Made by a program: the position numbers and the translations under genes | NCBI GenBank assembly: GCA_045599645.1 | Contig: JAZRWI010000089.1 | Location: forward strand, 33,657-97,656 | DNA: 64,000 nucleotides | Reading direction: 5' to 3' | From: Candidatus Avigastranaerophilus sp. | GTDB lineage: Bacteria > Muiribacteriota > Ozemobacteria > Ozemobacterales > Ozemobacteraceae | Notes under the pieces: generated by a model | Database searches by the model: none | What the model was told of the DNA's origin: nothing | The model's input: the letters and a program-made list of their open reading frames with translations, nothing else | Part shown: piece after piece, positions 30,901-39,500 of the stretch | How the letters are laid out: the number at the start of each line of letters is the position of its first letter | Position numbering within the stretch: the first letter of the stretch is position 1

Positions 30901-33375
30901 AGCAATAATGTTCTTTCTCTTGATAATGCTATTAATGGAATGAGCACTTACGTAACAGCTACCGGTCTTAATGCTGACAGCAAAAAGATTGTTAACGTTG
31001 CTGACGGCACAGATGAAAATGACGCTGTAAATGTTAAGCAGATAAGTCTTACCAGCAATGGCATACATGTAGCAAAGGGCAACACCTTGAGTGAAAATAT
31101 ACTTTCTCTTGATTCTGCTATTGGTGATATGAGCAGCTTCGGTACTAACAATATTGCAAAGAGCACTAATGTTGCAGCCAATTTGAAGAGCCTTGATACT
31201 GCCATCGGTGATATGAGCGGCTTCAGCACCAGCAATTATTTTGCAAAGAGCTCTAACGTGGCTGATAACCTTAAGAGTCTTGATACTGCAATCGGTGACA
31301 TGAGCGGCTTCAGCACCAGTAACTATTTTGCAAAGAGCAATACCAGCGTAGCAACCAACCTGAAGAACCTTGATACTGCTATTGGCGAACATGCAGCCAG
31401 CAGTACCATTCATATTACTTCCGCTGAAAGAGATACCTGGAATGCTAAACAGGATGCTCTCGATGCTAGTCAGACCAGAGCAATTAATTCTGGTATTACT
31501 GCAGACCTGGTAGCTAAATACAATACTTATGTTACTGATTCCGGTCTCAACGCCAATAATAAGAAGATTACAAACCTTGCTTCCGGAACATCTGATACAG
31601 ACGCAGTAAGCTTTGGTCAGATAAGACTTACCAGAGATGGCAAATATATTGTAGCAACAGATACCTTGAGCAATAACCTTCTTGCTCTTGATACTACCAT
31701 TGGCAGTATGAGCGGTTTTATTACAGATAAAGGTATTGATGCAGGTAACAAGAAGATTATAAATGTTGCTTCTGCAACAATAGATTCTGATGCTGTCAAC
31801 TTTGGTCAGATAAGACTTACCAGAGACGGTAAGTATGTTGTAGCAACAGATACATTAAGCAACAATATTCTTTCTCTTGATAAGACTCTTGATAACATGA
31901 GCGCTTATGTAACTACTTCCGGCCTCAATGCCAATAATAAAAAGATCACTAAGGTGGCTGCCGGTTCAGAAGACACAGATGCTGCCAACTATGGCCAGAT
32001 AAAGAATGCTTATGTTGGCGCAACCTACGACGCTGATACCAACAAGCTTACTTTGACAAAGGTAAACGGTGAAAAGAGCGAAGTTCAGATAACCTCTTCC
32101 AAGGAGCTTGAAAAGAAGGTTAACAAGAACCAGCAGGACATCAAGAAGAATGCTGATGCTATAAAGGCAAATTCTGAGAATATTGGTAAGAACGCCAGCA
32201 ATATTGCTAAGAATACAACCAACATCAATAACAATGCTGTTGATATCACTAAGATAAAATCAGATTTAGGTATGGTTTCAACCAAGGAAAATAAATCTGA
32301 CGGTAATGGCTGTATTACTATTGGTTCCGGCAATATTGCCAACGGCTTTGGTGACATTACCATGGCTATTGGTAGCGGCAACAAGGTTTATGGAACTAAT
32401 TCCATAGCTATAGGCTACGGCCACGAAGTAACCGGTAATAATTCAGGTGCTTTCGGTGACCCGACCTACATTAAGGCAGACAATGCCTATGCTATTGGTA
32501 ACAACAATAATATCAGCGGTAATGGCAGCTTTATTGTTGGTAACAACAGCAATGTAAGCGGTTCAGACAGTTTTGTTGTTGGCACAAAGAGCAAGGTAAC
32601 CAAAGAAAACAGCTTTGTTGTTGGCAGTAATAGCACTGTAAGCGGTAAGAACTCAATTGCCATAGGCAGCAATGCTGTTGTTGAACACAATAACGCTGTA
32701 GCTCTTGGTGAAGGCTCAAAGACCTATGCAGATAACAGTGTTTCTGTTGGCACCAAGGAAAAGCAGCGTGTTATCCAGAATGTTGCATCAGGCACTATGG
32801 ATACAGATGCAGTAAACTACGGCCAGTTGAAGGATTACGTTGCTAATAACAGTGCCGGTGCAGCTGAAATGAACCAGATTAATAAGAACTTTAACAGACT
32901 TGATAACAAGATTAACAGCGTCGGTGCCGGCGCAGCAGCTCTTGCCAGTCTCAGACCTATTGACAGTGACAAGGATGTTAAGTGGAGTGGCGGTATCGGC
33001 TATGGTAACCTTCATGGCAAGTCCGCAGCCGCTATTGGCGTATTCTACAGACCGTCACCTGATGTTGTCTACAGTGTTGGCGCTAACGCCGGCGGTGAAG
33101 ACAACATGGTTAATGCTTCTATCAACTTCGCTTTCGGTCATGTTGACAGAAACAAGGATGGAAAGATTATAAAGGCAAGTTCTGGTGACAACAAGAGAAT
33201 TAATGCCCTTGCTGAAGAAAACGAAGAGCTCAGGGCAATGCTGGCTGACCAGAACGTTAAGCTCTGTGTTCAGGACGCAAAGCTTAATGCTCAGACCAAT
33301 AAGATTAACAATCAGGATGTCAGAATCAGACAGCTTGAACGTATGATCAAAAAAATGTCAGAAAAAGGAAAATAA
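18988..33375 (+). CDS. Giant trimeric autotransporter adhesin (type Vc; YadA/Hep_Hag-type head repeats)
   Basis: 4795-aa ORF. The likely start is ATG 19027 (MQKDKKYRIR..AMALAVALSVFLQSTTVSFA signal peptide). Head repeats of the form S-x-A-x-G-x-x-N-x-A-x-G fall into four blocks. Each block ends with a neck junction NTVSFGH..SKL(V/T)YVASG..TDAVNYGQIK, at about nt 23750, 26130, 29265 and 30715. A coiled-coil stalk follows, then a YadA-type anchor (AGAAALASLRPID..NASINFAFG, nt 32905-33141), then a 77-aa tail. Confidence 0.93.
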   Translation: MIELILMDICRHKMQKDKKYRIRADIKKRAMALAVALSVFLQSTTVSFAAAPTFGAGSGTNSTAAGVNNTADGANSTAVGLGNTANGSHNVAVGSTNNADGTYTAALGTYNNINGYESNAIGDDNNVTGSHTNAIGSRNTTDANNSNAIGSYNKAMAENSSAFGYKNTANGENSVAFGFANLAEIGSSTAIGVSNTANGDESSALGFSNIATGSLSSAIGAENIADGNYSSAFGGHNKANGILSNAFGYFNEVNGYTNVAMGSNNTASGSYASAMGTFNKIYYGHESNAIGDDNTASGTRTNAIGSYNQTYANYSNAIGTQNNTNGEYASAFGAENTAGGEYSSALGYHNTASGYFSSAVGSENKAYADYGSAIGVYNYVNQESASALGYKNTSSGLESSAMGAENTASGETSSAIGNKNSAEGVNASSVGVENTAAAFSSAVGYFNKAVGGNSFAFGGYNEANGNFSSAFGIGNDAFGRDSTAMGSENAATGNKSLAIGYANNREFIPILSILSPVDAIDTGENSTAVGYVNVAIGTNSSALGYMNRTEGENSTAVGYKNSSAGLRSSSIGYNNVASGTNSTAVGYSNNAHDSMSAAMGTGNEAIGEFTSAIGSSNYVKGYESNAIGDDNNALGMNSNAVGSHNEVYDNNSNAIGTGNYIEGENSSAFGTENEVILSNSSAFGLSNSVSGEKSNALGYKNEVLTNDSNAIGSLNKSKGGLSSAIGYSNEASGYMGTAVGYGNSAFANGSSALGNANQANSYESSAIGAKNIAKGPQSSAFGASNTALLSYSTALGYNNIANAEYSNAFGNVNRANSDYSSAVGVGNIANGYFSSAFGANNIAEGDYSNIFGIDNEAWAENSTAVGYVNVTSGANSSAFGAENAAGGDYSTAVGYKNEVTNKHSIALGSLNSVAAMQSSAIGYKNVVSAYEGTAVGNYNEARDVSAGAFGYSNKAIGEESYAFGGYNEAHGGLSSAFGYTNIVKGESGSAFGYTNTANGDYSSAFGFSNTAEGESGSAFGNSNIANALESSAFGFNNVSEGESGSAFGNSNNASALGSSALGNANKASGENSSAVGTNNVSMGVESTAIGNFNESKAESSSAVGYGNIATGLSTVAVGAYNEAIGTDSIALGKDNISYLENSVAIGLSNQAFEEDSSAVGGYNNALGDISNAFGNTNNALGDFSQAFGGWNIASGSSSTAFGMSNYSGGDYSVAMGFGNNSAYDEDDFVGGVIATYASGHLSTAVGINNVATGARSIAVGFQNFSDAESSSAVGYKNTVAGDASNGFGSLNEVSGDYSSAVGYQNALNGANSNAFGLTNDLTGEYSNAFGANNTVNNDYATAIGTWNDASGEYSSAVGYSNTVSDSYNSAFGSNNIVSENYSSAFGYQNTISGGSSNALGYKNTVSGIYSNAVGAYDYVGGNYSTAIGYGNNSELNSYCFPTSLIDSGDYSSAIGFNNISSGEYSSAFGSENKATDGQASAFGHANEATGYESSAFGAYNEAPADFGNAYGYSNIASGEDSNAFGDCNEASGDFSSAFGYDNKAIEEGSNAFGYGNQANGAYSIALGAENQANADYSVAIGYQAVSTEENTVSFGHSIGDAKPYGTYSDELNSRLVHVASGTANTDAVNYGQVKSGFASATYNASTKKLTLKSIDGTSSELIISNDGGDLDLSLIKNSLGLLDDKPNTINSSGSIAIGSENTSGVAGKRSIAIGIANSSTGSYSVALGSQNDVSGLNGTVVGHENTSNGAYSNAFGYNNTASGNESNSIGSNNLASGNQSSAFGYENVAVATLSNAFGYDNYVTGESSSAFGVSNTATGTNSSAFGYNSHADGYRSSALGYNNLAGSANTIAIGSSNIAFSESSIAIGVSNIASGASSIAIGADNKSNGESSVAFGSGNITNAIYSVAFGGWNVASGTLSSVFGVDNITEGQHSVALGVGNNAKDYNFDDPSAGIVTTYSSGERSTAVGVNNVATGTRSTAVGYQNFSDGDSSTAFGYQNYALGKNSSASGNGNIASGSYSNAFGSKSKTSGSYSSAFGYSNAATGTNANAFGSNNNVSGNQSSAFGVFNAVTAGSSGAFGFDNRAYSDRSNAFGYQNTASGSQSSAMGFKNIAVGDNSSVFGFENYATGPNSLAFGYQNLTDAEKTSAFGFQNSALGSGSVAFGHANKSIGEDSNAVGSDNIATGTKSSAFGYSNKSEGNDSSAIGYDNYAKAEHSSAFGSDNVATGTKSNAFGYSNYADGDYSAAFGTGNYAIGSKTTAIGHSNITLSDYSTAVGYKNTANGTDSVAVGYKNTTNGTDSVAVGYQNTASERYDSAVGYKNTSSGAYSSTFGNANTASARGSNAIGYRNIAEGQYSSAFGAESHAIANGSLALGYQSVAKDVNTVSFGHAADDLDVDGTAYGTDKYSKLVYVASGSANTDAVNYGQIKSDFASATYNAANNKLVLKSVDGTTSELTITSDAVDNDLSLIKNSLGLLDAYPNTINSSGSIAIGSRNVSGTSADTAIAIGIGNKANADKAIALGYENEVSGSSGTSYGHNNVVSGNNGLAVGDKNQAKSDYSSAVGYENIASGANSTALGRTSKALSQYATAVGYNNTASGNSSNAVGKGNSASADNSNAFGNSNTSSGNNSSSFGNDNSALGWDSIAMGNKNQARSDYSVAIGYENIASGASSTALGRSSKALNQSATAVGYNNTASGNSSAAVGFGNQALGSNSGAFGRGNTASGSLANAFGYNNLASGSDTTAFGNGNQATGGASNAFGYHNTASGNSSTAMGSGNTASGSVSTAVGYGNIASNSYSSAFGYQNKAYGQGSSALGYGNQALGTDGAAVGFNNIASGSNSSAFGVSNIASGSGNAAFGNNNKALGGGSDALGLGNTASGNNSSAIGTGNTAAGTYSVAMGYSNTVTGQGSSAVGWTNTVSGQDSNAFGFRNEALGVNSNAYGKMNKALGSTSSAYGYENTATGSNGSAFGFSNDAFGAGSNAFGYDNTATGSNSSAFGYQNFSDGNYSTALGYKNKALSQSTTAVGYGNNVTGNEGSAFGYSNTIESAGATAVGHVNSALGMGSSAIGSGNTANTAGTTAVGQNNSASGSSANAIGNANTTSGTRSNAFGSGNLASGEGSNAFGIDNKVTGSYGSAFGYSNKSNSNSSAIGYFNEANGISANAFGYQNKSGGWYSSAFGFANIASGENSVSFGYKNDSYGNNSVAMGYTNSSLAADTVAVGFFNEASVASSTAMGLSNTVAAASGTAVGIGNRVTGDNGSAFGLNNTLSGKDGSVFGKNNTATGDSATVIGSNNTGNGNNGTAVGYGNLSDNIYASAIGSCNIADGEETSAYGFSNQASGDGSNAFGSYNSTNGYYASAFGDSNVSSGEESNAFGSYNKANVDYSNAFGYRNIASGVYSSAIGSQNQAKGDYSLALGYQAVANNENEVSFGHSATDLDVSGTAYGSAKYSQLTYVASGAADTDAVNYGQIKGAYASATYNASSKKLVLTSVDGTTNELIISNESADLDLDLIKNSLGLLSTNPNTINSSGSIAIGSLNHSGTSPDKLGIAIGVSNSATGSGSVALGFSNSNNGYYAVTLGNNNEVTYSYDSAVGYQNKASNAYSSAFGYNNTANGIYSSAFGGSNTASGYQSSAFGSSNKATGHYTSAIGYRNTASGPNSSAFGFDNTAHATYSVAIGYTNNAWDNESSAFGYKNNAYQQGDNAFGHNNIASGSYSSAFGSDNVATGSHSSAFGFGNVTNGSQSLVAGYSNKVYGANSSAIGKSNTVMKDNSVALGSDNNVYGNLSSAIGYKNTAYEMCSNAVGQLNTASGTHANAFGSDNVATGSYSSAYGYYNYSDGSDSSAFGYNNYSLGNNSTAVGYKNQTSALESTAVGSLNKAKGSYSTAIGAQNQANGNYSTAIGYQAVANDDNTVSFGHAATDLDVNGTAYGTAKYSKLTYVASGTADTDAVNFGQIRVARDGKYVVATETLSNNVLSLDNAINGMSTYVTATGLNADSKKIVNVADGTDENDAVNVKQISLTSNGIHVAKGNTLSENILSLDSAIGDMSSFGTNNIAKSTNVAANLKSLDTAIGDMSGFSTSNYFAKSSNVADNLKSLDTAIGDMSGFSTSNYFAKSNTSVATNLKNLDTAIGEHAASSTIHITSAERDTWNAKQDALDASQTRAINSGITADLVAKYNTYVTDSGLNANNKKITNLASGTSDTDAVSFGQIRLTRDGKYIVATDTLSNNLLALDTTIGSMSGFITDKGIDAGNKKIINVASATIDSDAVNFGQIRLTRDGKYVVATDTLSNNILSLDKTLDNMSAYVTTSGLNANNKKITKVAAGSEDTDAANYGQIKNAYVGATYDADTNKLTLTKVNGEKSEVQITSSKELEKKVNKNQQDIKKNADAIKANSENIGKNASNIAKNTTNINNNAVDITKIKSDLGMVSTKENKSDGNGCITIGSGNIANGFGDITMAIGSGNKVYGTNSIAIGYGHEVTGNNSGAFGDPTYIKADNAYAIGNNNNISGNGSFIVGNNSNVSGSDSFVVGTKSKVTKENSFVVGSNSTVSGKNSIAIGSNAVVEHNNAVALGEGSKTYADNSVSVGTKEKQRVIQNVASGTMDTDAVNYGQLKDYVANNSAGAAEMNQINKNFNRLDNKINSVGAGAAALASLRPIDSDKDVKWSGGIGYGNLHGKSAAAIGVFYRPSPDVVYSVGANAGGEDNMVNASINFAFGHVDRNKDGKIIKASSGDNKRINALAEENEELRAMLADQNVKLCVQDAKLNAQTNKINNQDVRIRQLERMIKKMSEKGK

Positions 33376-33512
33376 AACTTAGGTATTAAAACTTAGGTAT
33401 TAGGTATTAGGTATTAGGTATTAGGTATTAGGGATTAGGGATTAGGGATTAGGGATTAGGGATTAGGGATTAGGTATTAGGTATTAGGGGTTAGGAGGCC
33501 CCAACCCCTAAT
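33376..33512. repeat. Heptamer array TTAGGTA/TTAGGGA plus 10-bp-stem hairpin between the two adhesin genes
   Basis: It starts directly after the stop at 33373-33375. The order is 2 x AAACTTAGGTATT, then (TTAGGTA)n, then six TTAGGGA units (GGG runs at 33431-33468), then TTAGGTA. The hairpin ATTAGGGGTT..AACCCCTAAT lies at 33483-33512. Confidence 0.95.
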
Positions 33513-33575
33513 ACTTGACCCCGCTGCCTGAGAATCGGGCAGCATATATAGTATCTGTATACAAGGAAGTAGCAG

Positions 33576-36500
33576 ATGTTGTGCAAAAGAAAAAGAGAAT
33601 TTAATCAAAAATTCTGCTTTAAAAGGGATTTGAAGAGCAGAATAGTAGCTATTACTGTTGCGTTGTCTGTTTTTTTACAGACGACAACAGTTTCCTTTGC
33701 TGCTGCTCCGACAATAAACAATGGCTCTGGCATTGACAGCACCGAGGCTGGTGTTGATAATATTGCTTTTGGCGATTACAGCAGCTCCTTTGGCTATATG
33801 AATGTTGCAACAGGCTCGAACAGCAGCGCTTTTGGTTATAAGAATTTTTCTGATGGCAGTGGCAGCGTGGCTTTGGGCTTTTCTAATCTTGCTGCAGGTT
33901 ATTCAGCAATAGCAGTTGGTAGTGGTAATGTCGTTGAAGGCTATAACGGAACTGCTTTTGGCTTTGGGAATAAATCACTAGATGTATATAGCAATGCAGT
34001 TGGAGCTAGCAATATTGCTAAGGGCGAAGAAGCCAGCGCCTTTGGTTTTACTAACCAGGCAAATGGTGGTGGCAGCAATGCTTTTGGTTCTAACAATATT
34101 GCAAATGGTGATTATTCCAATGTTTTTGGGGATTCTAATACCGCTGATGGCAAAGAAAGCAATGCTATTGGTTATAATAACAATGCAACAGGCAATAATA
34201 GTATTGCTATAGGAAGTGGGAATACAACTAGTCTTGATTCTAGTATCGCGGTTGGGGTTTCTAATGCTGCAAGTGCTAACTATGCCAGTGCTTTTGGTTT
34301 TTCTAACTATGCAAAAGCCAGTGGTAGCAATGCTTTTGGGAAAGGCAATATTGCCTCTGGCACTTTTAGCAATGCTTTTGGTGTTGAAAACAAGGCCATA
34401 GGCAATAATAGCAGTGCGTTTGGCTCTAACAATGAAGCAGTTGGTGAAAAAAGCCTGGCTGTAGGTTACGAAAACCATTCGAATGGTTTATATAATTCTG
34501 CTTTGGGATACCAGAACTATTCTAATGGAGATAACAGCTTAGTTGCCGGTTATGGTAACAAGGCTAATGGTAAAAACAGTTATGTTATTGGTTTTCAAAA
34601 CATTGCTGATGGTGAAACAGATATTGCATTAGGTAGCTTTAATGAAGTTTATGCCACAGACACTTATGTTTTCGGTAGTTATAATTATGTTGAAGAAGGA
34701 AACAATAATGTTGCTCTTGGTGAATATAATGACATTTTATATGGCGAAAACAACACTCTGGTAGGCCATTACAATAGCGCTGCTGATGGTGATGATAATG
34801 TTGCTGTAGGTAGCAATAATAGAACAAAAGGTAATAATAATATTGCAATAGGCAATATGAACAATGCTGTAGATAACAGTATTGCAATAGGCTATCAGAA
34901 TAACTACAAGGGCTACAATAGCTCTACTCATAGACATGAATTCTATACACCTGGTGCAAACAGCACTTCGGTCGGTTATAAGAATGTCGCAACAGGCACC
35001 AACAGCAACGCTTTCGGTTATGCTAATATTTCAACAGGCGATAACAGCAGTGCCTTTGGTAATCAAAATACTGCATCTGGATCATACAGCAGCACCTTTG
35101 GTTATAATAACGCTGCTGATGGAACTTTCAGTTCTGCAATAGGGGTTGGTAATATTGCTCTTGGCACAGAAGCCTTTGCTTTCGGTAGTGGTAATGATGC
35201 CATCGGTTATATGAGCACTGCCATGGGTCATCATAACGAAGTTCCGGCCAGTTACGGCATTGCCATCGGTTACATGAATAAATCCCGTGATGAATATGGT
35301 GTTGCCATCGGTGTTTATAATGAGGCTAACGGAAACATCAGCAATGCTATTGGTGGCTACAACAGAGCCTATGGTGAACTAAGCAGTGCTTTTGGTAGAG
35401 ACAACGTTGCTTCTGCTGCAAACGCCAACGCCTTTGGGCGAAACAATAATGCAATGGGTGAAAACAGTAGCGCCTTTGGTTATAACAATACTGCTACAGA
35501 TTCCAACAGCAGTGCCTTCGGGTATAACAATACTGCCAATGGCATTAATTCCAGCGCCTTAGGTTCTTCCAATACTGTAAATGGTCAGGAAAGCACTGTT
35601 ATTGGTTATTGGTCAAAAGTTACTGGTAATGCATCCACCGTTGTTGGACGTGCTAGTAATGTAACAGGCAATAATAGCAATGCTTTTGGTTACTACAACG
35701 TTGTTACTGCTTCTTTATCAAGTGCTATAGGCAGTAGCAATGTGGCTAAGGGATATATCAGTAATGCTGTCGGCTGGAGCAACAACGCTAACGAAGAAGG
35801 CGGTCAGGCCTTTGGTGGTTATAATACAGCAGATGGTAACCGCAGCAGCGCCTTTGGTTATTGGAATATTGCTACAGGTAGTCAAAGCAATGCTTTTGGT
35901 TATTATAACAAGGTTAATAATAACAATAGTAATGCTTTTGGGAATGGCAATAACATCTATAGTAGCAGCAGCAATGCTTTCGGTAGAGCTAATACTGCTT
36001 CTGGCAGCTATTCCAATGCTTTTGGTTCCGAAAATAAAACTTATGGTAGCAATAGCAATGCTGTTGGTCATTCAAACGAATCAATAGGCTCTAAGAGCAG
36101 TGCTTTTGGTTACGATAATACAGCTACCGGCAGTAACAGTAGCGCTTTCGGGTATGCGAATAAAGCTGAGGGCTCGAACAGCAATGCTTTTGGTAATCAG
36201 AATACGGCTGGCGGTATTTATAGTGTTGCTGTTGGTTACAATAACTCAGCCATGAATGAAAAAAGCATCGCTTTTGGGTATGGCAGCATCGCATCTGCTG
36301 CTTACACTACGGCCATCGGTTATCAGAATAAGGCCATGGATTTCGGAAGTGTTGCCATTGGTTCTGGCAATGAATCATACAATAATCATACTATAACCAT
36401 GGGTAAAAATAATATTGCTACAGGCGGTGTTGCTGTTGGTAGCGATAATAAGATAATCGGGGCGATTGCTTTTGGTTCAGGCAATACAGCTACGGGCACA

Positions 36501-39500
36501 TCAGGAAGTGCGATTGGTTATAATAATATTGCTATAGGTGAAAGAGGCACCGCTGTTGGTTATGTGAATAAAGCAACGGCTGGTTGGACCACTGCTGTTG
36601 GTTATCAGAATGAAGCTAATGGTTTTACAAGCAGTGCCTTTGGTTATAAGAGTATAGCCAATGGCGACTATAGCAGTGCTATAGGTAAGGAAAATCAGGC
36701 TCTTGGCAATAGCAGCAGTGCTTTTGGCAATAGCAACACTGCTTCTGGTTCCTTCAGTAATGCTTTTGGCTATAATAATATAGCCTCTGCTTCTGATACT
36801 AACGCTTTTGGTGAAGGTAACAAGGCTTTAGGCAGTTATAGCAGTGCTTTTGGTAGAAGCAATACTTCATCTGGTAGTAGCAGTACTGCTTTTGGGGTTG
36901 ATAATAAGGCTTCAGCCGCAAATAGTCATTCTTATGGCGGTTCAAACCAGGCCTTAGGCGAAAATAGTAATGCCTTCGGTTTTACAAACCAGGCAACAGG
37001 CCTGAACAGCAGTGCTTTCGGCAAGGAAAACAAAGCCATAGATAACAACACAAGTGCTTTTGGTCTTTGCAGTGTTGCTTCAGGTACTGGTAGTAACGCT
37101 TTTGGTTTTTATGATGTTGCTTCAGGCAGCGATAGTAATGCCTTTGGTAAAAGTAATAATGCTTTGGGTAACAGCAGCAATGCCTTCGGTGGTGGTAATA
37201 CTGCTTCAGGTGGAAACAGCAGTTCATTCGGTGTTGGTAATACTTCTTCAGGTTCTGACAGTAGTGCTTTTGGTTTCAGAAATCAGGCAACAGCTCTTAA
37301 CAGCAGTGCTTTTGGTAAGGAAAATAAAGCTATTGGTTTGTATACCAGTGCTTTTGGTTATAGCAACACTGCTTCTGGAACCTTTGGCAATGCCTTTGGC
37401 TATGGAAATATTGCTTCAGGCTCAGACAGCAACGCCTTTGGTAAAGAAAACAAGGCTTTGGCAGAAAACAGCAGTGCCTTTGGTAAAGGCAATACTGCAT
37501 CTGGTGGAAGCAGCAATGCTGTCGGTAGTGGAAATCAGGCATTAGAAGGCAACAGCAATGCTTATGGCACAAATAACAAGGCCAAAATAGAATATAGTAG
37601 TGCCTTTGGTTGCAGCAATACTGCAGATGGCAAATTTGGTAATGCTTTTGGTTATCTCAACTCTGCTTCAGGTTTTGACAGTAATGCTTTTGGTAAAGAA
37701 AACAGAGCTCTTTCAACAAACAGCAGCGCCTACGGTAAAGGCAATGTTGCTTCCGGAACAAGCAGTAATGCCTTTGGTCTGACTAATGTTGCTTCTGGTG
37801 ATAACAGCAATGCAGTTGGTGGAAGCAATTATGCCTTATACGGTGGCGGCAATGCTTTTGGCTCTGGCAACTATGCTTCATCTACAAACGCTAATGCTTT
37901 CGGCCGCGATAACAAAGTTTATTCCCCATATACTGATGCTTTTGGCTCTGGCAATGTGGCATCAGGAAGCTTTGCCAATGCTTATGGTTATAACAACATT
38001 GCTTCTGGCGTAGACAGCAACGCCTTTGGTAAAGACAATAAAGCTCTTGAATCAAACAGCAGTGCATATGGTAGAAGCAATACTGCTGAAGGTATTTATA
38101 GCAATGCTTTTGGTTATGGCAATACAGCATCAGGCAGTAGTAGCAGTGCTGTCGGTCGTGAAAATTATGTGGTAGGGACAGAAAGCAGTGCTTTTGGTAG
38201 TGGTAATAAAGCTTACAATAGTTTCAGCAGTGCTTTTGGTCAGAACAATTTGGCTACAGGTAGTTACACCAGTGCTTTTGGTTGTCAGAATGTTGCTTCT
38301 GGCGCGAAAGCAGTAGCCATGGGTATCAAGAATGTTTCTGACGGTGAAAATAACGTATCTGTCGGTAATAATAACAAAGCCAATAATTATAATTCTAATG
38401 CTTTAGGTATCGATAACACATCTTCAGGCAATAAGAGCAATGCTGTTGGTGTTGCTAATATCTCTACAAGAAGTGAAAGCAGTGCTTTCGGTAACAACAA
38501 TAAGGCTTATGCTGATTACAGCAGCGCCTTTGGTCATAATAATACTGCTTCAGCTACTTATAGCAGCGCCTTTGGTCATGACAATACTGCTTCTGGATCA
38601 AACAGCAGTGCTTTTGGTTACAGCAATATGGCTGCTAGTAACAACAGCAGTGCCTTTGGTGGTAAAAATCAGGCAACAGGTCTCAATAGCAGTGCTTTTG
38701 GTTTAAACAATATTGCTTCCGAAAACTATAGCAGTAGCTTTGGTCAGGGAAATTCTGCTTTGGCTGGTAGCAGCAGTGCTTTTGGCCGTGGTAATATTGC
38801 CTCAGGTTTTGATAGTAGTGCTTTTGGTAGAGAAAACAAGACAATGGGTAGCGATAGTTCTGCCTTTGGTAGAAGTAATACTGCTTCTGGCTCTAAAAGT
38901 GTTGCATTTGGTTACGGCAATACCGCTTCGGGTGCTTCCAGTATAGCTATTGGTAGCGGCAATGTGGCTAATGACAGCGATGGCAGCGCTTTTGGTTATA
39001 ATAATATTTCAACAGGTAACAACAGCAGTGCCTTTGGTTATAGCAATAATGTTTCAGGCATACAAAGTAGCGCTTTTGGTGCTTCCAATAAGGTAACCGG
39101 CGGTTTAAGCAATGCCTTTGGTTATGGCAATATTGCTTCAGATACATATACTAGCGCATATGGTTATATGAATGCAGTAGAAGGTAATAACAGCAGCGCC
39201 TTTGGTTATCGCAATACAGCTTCAAAAGCTACTGCTATCGGTATTTCCAATATCTCACAGGGTGGCAGTGCTGCTTTGGGTAGTAATAACATAGCCACAG
39301 GCTCCAGTAGTATTGCCGTTGGTTTGAACAACAAATCACTGGCTCAGAATACAAGCACCTTTGGCTCTGACAATATTGTTACCGGGAACATTGGTAATGC
39401 TATTGGTAGTAGCAACAAGGTATCCGGTTCAAGCGGCAATTCTTTTGGTAGTAGTAATGAAGTTACCAGCTCCTGGAGCAATGCCTTTGGTAGTAAGAAC

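Noticed and set aside
33431-33468. TTAGGGA repeats as a telomere of a linear replicon.
   Set aside because: The array is internal. It is flanked by two intact co-directional genes and is embedded among other unrelated heptamer arrays. The similarity to eukaryotic TTAGGG is most likely coincidental.
33483-33512. The hairpin ATTAGGGGTT..AACCCCTAAT as the intrinsic terminator of adhesin 1.
   Set aside because: No T tract follows the stem, so I do not call it a canonical terminator. It is reported only as a structure within the repeat finding.
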